From: Eledone cirrhosa
Lineage: Eukaryota
NCBI GenBank assembly: GCA_964016885.1
Contig: OZ024756.1
Location: 39,122,001 to 39,186,000, forward strand
Length of the DNA stretch: 64,000 nucleotides
Direction: 5' to 3'
The notes beneath the pieces are model-generated. The model did not search any database. It was not told the origin of the DNA and worked only from the letters and a program-made list of their open reading frames with translations. Shown piece by piece: positions 42,527 through 64,000 of the stretch. The position numbers and the translations under genes were made by a program. The stretch's first letter is position 1, and every line of letters begins with the position of its first letter.

Positions 42527-42564
<38 letters not shown>

Positions 42565-42684
42565 TAGGTAGTAGGTGAAATACTGGTGTTAGTACCAAAT
42601 CAACCACTCTATACACATGCAGAGAGTATATAATAGAAAAAACGAGGAAGTTTCGTTTACATATGAAAAATATTTATTGCGTAT

Positions 42685-42775
42685 CGACCTATCATGTGTT
42701 TCACAGAGGATTGGCTCAAGGTGACCCATAGGAGTTATGGACCCGACTCCAGTATCGATCTGCTCCTCAGACTGG
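42685..42775 (-). ncRNA. Degenerate hammerhead motif at the centre of an inverted repeat (42630-42845)
   Basis: Minus strand CTGAGGA (42770-42764), stem II GCAGA/TCTGT, GAAA (42702-42699), then CACATG; the other arm keeps GCGTGTA-ACAGG, consistent with a palindromic stem III and a GTA site. Confidence 0.55.
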
Positions 42776-43311
42776 CGTGTAACAGGTCGATAGGCAATAA
42801 ATATTTTTCATAAGTAAACAAAACTTCATCGTTTTTTCTATTATATATATAGTAATAATAAATGTGAATACTAAAATCCAAAGAGAGTTCGATAATGATA
42901 ATATATATATAAAAATATATAAAAGCCGTAGAGCAAGAATTTATTAAAATAACAGATTAAGAGTTTCAGATGATCCCGTTAAGGGTGAAAGCAGCAATTC
43001 TTTGCTTAAACATCAATTTGTTATTTTAATAAATAAATAAATAAATAAATATATATATATATATATGGACCTGTTATTTTTATCTAAAGATATTTTTTCC
43101 AATTCCAACCCACCCGTCCCCTCAATCTATTTTATTTCTCATTCTTTCTTCTTCCGAAACGTTAAGACCCTCTTCCTGCTATATCAAGCGTTAACCTAAT
43201 ATATCCCTTCCATATACTATACCGATTGTGTTGTTATTTCTGTTTACCTTTTACATATATATATATGCATGCATATACGTGCATGTTTGCTCATTTATTA
43301 TAAGTGTAAGA

Positions 43312-43845
43312 TGAACATCTCATAATATTAATTTATTAGTTTGTACAATAGACATTCAGTTATGAAGCAACTGGTCATATTTCCTACAATATAGAAATAA
43401 CATTAACACTAATAAAGGTCAACAATACAAGTTTACCTTCACAGCTGAAATCTGTAGTTTACGTACGTCACAATAGATCAATAATAGCTTCATTTACCTT
43501 TCAATATGTTTATTTTGTCAAGCATGAAATAATTTCTGCAACATTTCACTATTTCTTGCTCTATTAAATGCTTTCACTCTTTTACAGTTTCACTGTTCAC
43601 TGAACAATTTACTAAGAATGACGGCAATAATAAATGAAGCAATGTATTTCTAGATGGTTTATAAAGCAATAGACGTGACAAAATATTAACGACAGTTTTA
43701 TATGTTCTATGACATTGTACCTGAATCTTTACATGTAGAAAACAAATGAAACCAAGGACAAATACAATGACAATTGCTATTAAGTTCTGGAGATAATATT
43801 CTATATTAAGTGTGTTAAGGGAGAGGTGGAGGTGAGGTGGGGGTT
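43312..43845 (-). repeat. About 540-bp low-copy repeat, right arm of the inverted pair
   Basis: Reverse complement of 33143-33688. Confidence 0.9.
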
Positions 43846-43925
43846 GTAGATTCAAGGATATTTTCTTAAGTTTATATTTTTCTTTGATTTTCTCACCTTT
43901 TATTAATATTGATTGATTTTAACTT

Positions 43926-44117
43926 AAGATGGTTTTGGTTCCAAAACTATGGTTTCACTGCGAGATGGGTTTGGTTCCAAAACCATGGTTTTACTGTGAG
44001 ACAGGTTTGGATCCAAAACTATGGTTTTACTGAGATGGGTTTGGTTCCAAAACTATAGTTTCACTGTGGGATGGGTTTGGTTCCAAAACTATGGTTTCAC
44101 TGTGAGACAGGTTTGGT
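43926..44117. repeat. About 35-bp minisatellite, about 5 copies
   Basis: GAGATGGGTTTGGTTCCAAAACTATGGTTTCACTGT variants. Confidence 0.85.
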
Positions 44118-45231
44118 GCGACCATCTGGCTTGTCCCTTCTTGTAACAGAGCCATTCAGTTCCACACTGTAATTGTGGTCGGTGTTAGGAAGGGCATCAA
44201 GCTGTAAAATACCCGACCAAATTTACAGTCCTCATAGGAGCAAGAAGTGGCATGGCCAACTCTGGTGCCAAACTCATAAATCATTATTGAGGGAATTGTA
44301 GTTGCCTAGGTGACAATTTCAAAATATATTTTTTTAATCTCACGTCTTTATGAGAAGAGTGCATATGTGTGTGTGCATACATATCTATCTATCTATCTAG
44401 GGCGAGTAAAATTCCCGAGATCCATGGACGAGTTCTCTCCAGTAGTCTCTGTCCCTCATTATCGTTGCCATGTCCTGCGTCTCCAAGAGACCTGTGTCTG
44501 TCCTTGGGGCATCAACATATGTCAACCTCAGTCTTCCTCTTCCAGTGTGTCCATGCAGGGGCTCCACAGGAGCACTGAGTGCAGTGTCAACTCTGGATGT
44601 CGGTGAGTGTGTCCAGCTAACCTCAGTCTCCTCTGGGCCACTTTTGAGCTGACTTTTAGGAGGCTCCCGTACATATATATATATAACTGTTAACTTAAGA
44701 AGCATTGGTAAGTTTGAAATTTGAAATGTAATTGCTCCAACAAGTTAGAAGCATCAATGTTGCTTGACTATACACTCATGACTCACACACTCTTCATTTT
44801 CCTGACATTTGTACGTTATTCTATGTACTATACATGCACCTTTGATGAGTTGTAGTGCACCCGAGCACTGTACACAATCATTTCATTATTATTATTATTA
44901 TTATTATAATAAAAAATAGTTTAATAAATTGGACATATAAACACTGAAGACAGTTAAAATGTTGTACAGGACCTACTCTGGGACTCGAACTCACACCTAC
45001 AATATACCGTTCAGAAACAAATATATATATAAATATTTTATCTGCTTAAAAAACTTAGTTTCTTTAAAAATAAACTTCTGAAATGTATTTAAGTGTTAAT
45101 ATCTGTTGATTGGTTAATAGGAACACCTGCTTATCATGTGAGATGATCGTGATTGTGGGACACACCTGTTGGAAATTTGGATGATTACTTTGTTGTAGAC
45201 GTCTGTGTAGGAGGTATTTATCATATATATA

Positions 45232-45476
45232 TCACACATCAGTTGTCACACACTAGATGTCACACACTAGATGTCACACATCAGATGTCACACACTAGAT
45301 GTCACACACTAGATGTCACACATCAGTTGTCACACACTAGATGTCACACACTAGATGTCACACATCAGATGTCACACACTAGATGTCACACATCAGATGT
45401 CACACACTAGATGTCACACATCAGTTGTCACACACTAGATGTCACACATCAGATGTCACACACTAGATGTCACACC
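45232..45476. repeat. 14-bp minisatellite
   Basis: Alternating GTCACACACTAGAT and GTCACACATCAG(A/T)T units. Confidence 0.9.
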
Positions 45477-46329
45477 AAACTCGCTGTAGATTTGAACTGT
45501 GACAGATTTCATGACTTGAATTGTTGGGGACAACGAAGGCCCCTGACATGAGATTAAAAATAAGGTATCGTGGTACTCCCTGTTTGGGTTTTTTGAGGTT
45601 GGTAGGTCTGCTGAAGGTGATCTACCTTTCCAATATAGAGTCCTGGGGTCGATTTAATTGACTTTCCCTTCCCCTTTAAATTGCTAACTTTGTGCCAGGA
45701 GTAGAAATAATTATTCAGGTAGCGATGTTATGATAGCATTAATTATTTCATTTTTCAATATTTTCTCTCAGAAAACATTTGTTTTATTCTAAATTTCCAG
45801 TCCTATTGTACAAAAAAAAAAAAAAAAAAAAAAAAATAGCTTCTTCCACGCTAGGAAAAACAGCAATTAAATTTAAGATTTTACAAGTTGTTTTTCTTGT
45901 ATCTTGTGTTATTGAATTACGCGAGGTGTTACTTCCCTTTGATTCGTCAACTTGTTCAAAGAGACATAACTGCAGCATCGCGTAAAGCCTGTATGTGGTT
46001 ATTATACCATCTAGAAACAATAGGTAATTTTTCCTCAAATAACACCCCCTCTGTCTTCGAAAAAAAAAAAAAATGCTTCGTTAAATTATACAGTACTAAG
46101 TATGCTGTGTCTGATTAAAGGAAGCTAAGGTCACGACTAGAATAGTTTCGATCACAGGTCTACTCAAACATATCTAACTTAGATATAAATAACTGTATTC
46201 CTGTATCAATTAAAAAACTTAAGATATTGAACAATTCCACTGAATATGTGCGTATGTAATGAAATTATAGAGGCTAGATATATGTATTTTTTAACTTACA
46301 GGGAAATAAGTATAATCAGAAGAAGGGAG

Positions 46330-46805
46330 GTAGGTGTAAAATCCAAACTAGCTATCTTCAATTCGGTATTTGTGCCAATCTTTAACTATAGTCATGATTC
46401 TAGGGTAATAACCGGAAGGATACAAGCAACAAGCAGCCGAAATGGGATGCCTCCGAAGGGTCTTTGGAGTAACGTTACTTGATAAAGTGTGTAGCTTGGA
46501 GATCAGAGCGTCACTCCAGGTAGAGCCACTACTTCTCCAAATTGAGAAGATCACAGCTCAGAAACTATGGGCATGTGGTTAGAATGTCTCAGGAAGGAAT
46601 CGCTGGACAGATTTTACAGGCAAAACCAACCGGCAGGAGACCCAGGGGTAGACCCCAAGCAAAATGGTTGGATAACATCCATAAGCTTGGCTGGTCTCAC
46701 TTTGTGAATCCAGCCAGATGAGTTGGAGGCGGTTGCTTTTGACAGGACCCATTGGAAGGAGTGTTTGAGGACTCTTCCCTTACGACCCTCTCTGGAATAA
46801 GTGGG
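46330..46805 (+). mobile_element. Third RTE-type LINE family fragment; also 26345-26760(-), 33050-33141(-), 39245-39600(+), 48350-49158(+), 49805-49926(+)
   Basis: Decayed KLAIFNSVFVPI...IERSQL..YGHVVRMSQE...RPRGRP coding remnants shared between copies. Confidence 0.78.
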
Positions 46806-48440
46806 TGAAAATGAAAGACATTTTGAAAGCAAAATATTGAAGAGAAATGCTATCACAGTATATATTTATTAAATATATAGAAGGCAGTCTACACATGCAA
46901 AACAAGTCAACTGAATATTACTAAGAGAGAACTCGTCAGTTGTGTCAAGAACATAACAACTTTCTTCCCTAGTGCTGGGGCCACAACAAAATACACCCAG
47001 TACATCCTGTAAAGTGATTGGTGTTAGTAAGGACATCTTACAATAGAAATCATGCTAAGACTGGAACATATGTAAGCAATATATGGCCCCTAGTCAGTTG
47101 AGGAGGACAATAGTACTGAGTAAGTTCTGACTTGGTTCTGCAAGGACTTGGGCAACGCATGCTAGCATGGAAAAAAAAGATGTTAAATGATGATGATGAT
47201 GATGATGATGATGAATATTTCACCACACAATACAGTTGATGTTTCAGTATTTCTAGAATTTTTTCAAGTATATAACACAAAATCTCACATTTTAATTTGT
47301 AACTAACCTTACTTACATTCTTGGAGAATAGAACAACGGTGACAAATTTTTTTGGAAAAAGAAAAAAGGTTTAAAGTACCGAATGTGATGACGGCACCAT
47401 CAAGAGTTATGGTTCCATAATAGCAGAACTGGTATAAATGGTAATATTATCTAGTGTTGTAGACCTACAGCACAGCTCCCATGACTTTTGGAAACATTTT
47501 TTCACGCTCACAGTTGCTGAATCATGAAACAAACTCCCTGCATCAGTTGTTAGCTGTCAAGACACTGCATCCTTTAAAACCTCCATGGAACAAACTCCCT
47601 GCATCAGTTGTTAGATGTTGAGACACTGCATCCTTTAAAACCTCCATGGAACAAACTCCCTGCATCAGTTGTTAGATGTTGAGACACTGCATCCTTTAAA
47701 ACCTCCATGCTTCTTGAGATTCGCCAACACTACACCTAATATTCACTCTCCATACACACGCACACATGTATATCATGACTCGTACACTATTCACTTCCCT
47801 GACATTTGTATATTATTCTATGTACTATGCATGCACCTTTGATGTACCTGAGCACTGTACACAATAATTTCATTATTATATTAACAGGACTTCATTTGGC
47901 AGATAAAAGATGAGTCTGTGATGTGTTACCTTGATTGATTTCAGTAAATAGTTTATTATATGTGTTTATTTGGGCGGTGGATTGGCAGTATCGGTAGAGG
48001 GTTTGACGCCATGCTTTCCAGCATAGTTACGTCCCTTTATGTTCTGAGTTCAAATCCCGCCGAGGTTGACTTTGCCTTTCATCCTTACGGGGTCGATAAA
48101 ATAAAGTACCAGTAATGCACTGGGTAATTGCTGGCCTTGTGCCTAAAGTAGAAACAATTATATGTGTTTATTTGTTATTGAAAGTTGTTATTTAAGTATA
48201 AACCAGATTTAACTCTTTAGCATTTAAACCGGCCATATCTGGCCAGAATCCTCTCACCTCTTTCTGTTCAAACTGGCTGTTTGGACTACATTATATAACA
48301 TATCCTTTCTATATTTAGGTTGTATGCTGTAGTGTAAGACAAATTAGGATAAGCATGTGGTTAGAATGTCTCAGGAAATAATCGCTGGACAGATCTGTAG
48401 CTTGGAGATCAGAGAATCACTCTAGAGCTGCTACTTCTCC

Positions 48441-48958
48441 AAATTGAGAGATCACAGCTCTGTTACTATGGGCATGTGGTTAGAATGTCTCAGGAAAGAA
48501 TCTCCGAATTGAGAGATCACAGCTCTGTTACTACGGGCATGTGGTTAGAATGTCTCAGGAAAGAATCTCCGAATTGAGAGATCACAGCTCTGTTACTATG
48601 GGCATGTGGTTAGAATGTCTCAGGAAAGAATCTCCGAATTGAGAGATCACAGCTCTGTTACTATGGGCATGTGGTTAGAATGTCTCAGGAAAGAATCTCC
48701 GAATTGAGAGATCACAGCTCTGTTACTATGGGCATGTGGTTAGAATGTCTCAAGAAAGAATCTCCGAATTGAGAGATCACAGCTCTGTTACTATGGGCAT
48801 GTGGTTAGAATGTCTCAAGAAAGAATCTCCGAATTGAGAGATCACAGCTCTGTTACTATGGGCATGTGGTTAGAATGTCTCAGGAAAGAATCTCCGAATT
48901 GAGAGATCACAGCTCTGTTACTATGAGCATGTGGTTAGAATGTCTCAAGAAAGAATCA
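48441..48958 (+). repeat. 65-bp tandem array derived from an RTE LINE segment, about 8 copies
   Basis: Units start at 48506, 48571, 48636, 48701, 48766, 48831, 48896; the unit matches the IERSQL..YGHVVRMSQE part of the RTE fragments. Confidence 0.92.
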
Positions 48959-50071
48959 CTGGACAGATTTTACAGACAAAACCAGCCGGCAAGAGACCCA
49001 GAGCAAGATGGTTGGATAACAGCCATGATCTTGGCTGGTCTCGCTTGGGGATCCACCTGGATCAGTTAGAGACGGTTGCTTCTGACAGGACCCACTAGAA
49101 GGAGTGTTTGAGGACTCTGCCCCCCACAACCCTTCCAGGAATAAGTGAGTGAAGAAGAATTAGGATAATTGTATTGATATGTTTTGAGGTTCTCTCTTAT
49201 ATTTATTAATATGGTTATTTTCATTATTTAGCATCTAACTCATTGTCTTTGTAGAGAATTTAACTGTCACTTTTAATTCGTTAGGGACTCTTTAGGTATG
49301 GCACCGATTTCAATTAGGCGAGAAGTGTAAAGGAAACGACACCGTGTGGTTGATGAAATGTTTTCTTGGAAGAAATTAACTCAGATATAACTTTTAAGAA
49401 ACATTTATATATATTTTTGATTTATAGAAACTAAGTACATCTTCGTATGATTATAAAATATAATTCCATTAACGGAATTAATTCATTTATGTAATTTAAA
49501 GAACCAACCAAGCCCGACACGGTCACAGGGCCATCTTTCGGTATAGGTACACAAAAAATTAGTGGATTTTCCGACGACGATGAATTGATTTAGTTTCGTG
49601 TCTACATACCTAATTACACGCTTACTTTATAAATCACGAAACAGCATTTAATCAGCTAATTAACTAATTAATAATTTTAACAGTGTAAATGTCAAAATAC
49701 AAAGCATGTCTAAAGAAGGAAATGAGACCGAAGAAAGATTCTTATTTAATTTTCTCCAAATAAACTCCTGCAGTAATGTAGATAATAAATTATTAGATAT
49801 TCCAAGGAGACCCAGAGCAAGATGGTTGGATAACATCCATGAGTGCTTCTGATATGACCTGCTAGAAGCCGTTCATGAGGACTCTGCCTCCACGACCCTT
49901 CCAGGAATAAGTGGTCGAAGAAGAAGACTATATGTATGTAGCTATGTGTACATCTTTGCCAATATATATTGGCGAAGAATGTAAACAACAGCACTAAAAC
50001 CGGTGTTTTTCGAGCGATGTTCCTTGTTATGTTTCATAAAGCAAGTCACAGACATTCAACTTATACTCGCC

Positions 50072-50229
50072 GGTCGAACACAGGTCAGTCAGTCCTAAAG
50101 AAGCGGGCGAAAGGCGCCGGATCCGTTTTCGTCGCCGCGATTCTCTTTTTTTTTTCTATGCGCCACGCCTGCGCAGCCGGCCTTGCATCAAAAGGGGATC
50201 GGGTTAATATTCCCGAATCCGAACTCGGT
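50072..50229 (+). pseudogene. Decayed 28S rRNA fragment
   Basis: GAACACAGGTCAGTCAGTCCTAA and AAAGGGGATCGGGTTAATATTCCCGAATCCG resemble, from memory, the conserved LSU segments GAACATGGGTCAGTCGGTCCTAA and GAAAGGGAATCGGGTTAATATTCCCGAACC in the expected order. Confidence 0.7.
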
Positions 50230-51299
50230 GGGCATAAATTTCAATGTAAAAGAATATAATAGAAACAAAGCCGTAACCACCTCCATTAAAAAAAAAAAAA
50301 AGCAGATATAATGTGATTTGAGGGAGATTTGACTGTTATTTCTAGCAGGCCGAGCGGCTCCCTCAATGACTTGAGAGAAAGTGTAGAAGAGTATGAGAAT
50401 AAGAGTAGAAAATTATGAATGGAATAAAAGATAATTACGAAAGACGTAGATAAAGGCCGATAGAAAGAAAATAAGAAAGGAAGTTGGCTACAGAAAAGAT
50501 TAGTGGGAGGCAGAAATATGTAAGTAGTAGAGAAAAGGCGGGAGAAATGAGAGCAGGCTGAAATATGAAAAGAAGCTAGAGAGCGAGAAAAAATGAACAG
50601 GAAGGAGAAGAAGCGTATATATATGTATGATACTGACTTTGTGGAGAGAATGAGGGTGAGAAGTGTGTATATATGATACTGACTTGAGAAGTGTGTATAT
50701 ATGTATGTATGACACTGGCTATGTATAGAGAATGAGAGTGAAAAGTGTGTATATATATGTGTATGTATGACACTGATTGTGTGGAGAGAATGAGTGAAAA
50801 GTGTGTATGAATTTGATTATGTGGAGGTGGAGAATACATAAGAAGTGTGTGTGTGTGTATGAAACTGATTATGTGGTGGTGGAGAGTATGAGGGTAAGAA
50901 GTGAGTGTGTGTGTGTGTATGAAATTAATTATGTGGAGAGAATGATAGAAAGAAATCTATTTCTTACGAAGAGAAATGACACGAGATTCATGCTTTTCTC
51001 AATTAATACTACTGAGGTTGTGATAATGGCACCCCCCTTAAACCGGGTCGCGAACTCTCAACATCATCACAGAGAACTTCTCTCTTCTGCCTTTCATTAG
51101 AGAAAGAACTAATGAAATGTTGAAGCCGGGAAGCTTGTTAGAAAATATTAAAACAATATATATATATAATTATTTCTTTATTGTTATTATTTGTTTATAT
51201 GGGTGAGAAAATTAAAAACAAAGTTTGAACAGAGTAAAGAAAGAGAGAGTGAGAGAAAGAATAATTAATGATATTTTTCTTATGTATTTTATTGTTTAC

Positions 51300-51896
51300 T
51301 ATTCACGTGGTACAGCGGCCATTTTGGAAACGACTCGCCTGTGATACGACCAGGCTCGCACGGTGAAATTTGCTCCGCTTCTTCTCAGGGGTGGTGGGAG
51401 CTTAACATTATAACATTTACTACCACCAGCTATAATATCAACATCAAAGGTGTACAAATGCCGGGCACACGTAGATACAAATATCCAATAATAAGCAGAT
51501 GGAAGATTCATAAATAACTATACTGTGTTTTATAAGTATAACATCAGTTTTCTATCTATGTCTTCTAACACACGACTTAAAAAAGAAAAGAACAAAAAAA
51601 AAACTTCAATGATTACATAAAAAATATATAAATAAATTGTAATTATGTGGTCGGTGTTGTGGACGTGAAGAAACAGGAAGAGACCTCTCCTATGTATCGA
51701 GATAGAAAACTAAACAACACAATCAGGCGTGAGCAAACTCGCGCCATTTTCCCCCCTTGTGCGGCAGTTAACTGCCTGCTGCCCTCATTTTTTCCCCCCG
51801 TTACCTTTATATCCCTGTACATAATATATCTACTTACCTATTTCAAGTTTTTTTTTCTTCTCTCTATCTGCTTGGGAGATAACACAAGCTTAAATA
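51300..51896. promoter_or_regulatory. Putative SPT16 promoter / 5' UTR region
   Basis: Locally CpG-richer, repeat-free DNA upstream of the SPT16 ATG with two YY1-type GCCATTTT motifs (about 51318 and 51742). Confidence 0.45.
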
Positions 51897-63635
<11,739 letters not shown>

Positions 63636-64000
63636 TAGGATGTAAATAAAACATTGATAAATAACCAAAGATGAGAATATTACCATTACTAGCAGAAAAA
63701 CCCTCCTTCGGGTGGTTTTCTGCTAGCATATGTAGTGTGCATATTGATATTATACACAAGTATATATACATGTAGATATGATACATCAAATAAAATTGTA
63801 ATTGACAATATACACAGAAATTGAACGAAGACTGCGTTACACTGTCTTATGTAATCAGTAACGTAATCCATGATACATTAAAGAAAGACAATATTATATA
63901 TAAACTGCATTAGGAGAAAATTAGTGACGGAAATATCTGAATGTTTATTTAAGCGATCGCTAACCGGAAGTGTTGACATTTGAAAATTTTAAAGAAGTGA

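Noticed and set aside
48441-48958. Regular repeats resembling a CRISPR array (also 9937-10108, 59410-59720)
   Set aside because: Head-to-tail units with no unique spacers, eukaryotic context, no cas genes.
51010-51075. Hairpin TGTGATAATG..CATCATCACA considered as snoRNA, SECIS or hammerhead
   Set aside because: Required boxes or core nucleotides are missing.

Overview
AT-rich eukaryotic DNA dense in microsatellites and retroposons; the SINE/RTE landscape suggests an octopod cephalopod (inference). Three spliced genes can be built by hand: a 4-exon D-2-hydroxyacid dehydrogenase (glyoxylate/hydroxypyruvate reductase-like, +, 28366-32777), a 7-exon minimal-domain matrix metalloproteinase without hemopexin domain (-, 35444-40542) and the first 7 exons of FACT subunit SPT16 (+, from 51897, running off the window). 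Most ORF-track entries are microsatellite artefacts. The main hidden signal is a set of type I hammerhead ribozyme motifs from several unrelated short repeat families inserted in (TA)n tracts, often as inverted-repeat structures, one beside a Penelope-like GIY-YIG endonuclease remnant. One ribozyme copy (6451-6516) differs from its intact sibling (34014-34076) almost only by A-to-G changes on the ribozyme strand, which looks like ADAR hyper-editing fixed in DNA by retrotransposition. All folds and alignments were done by eye.
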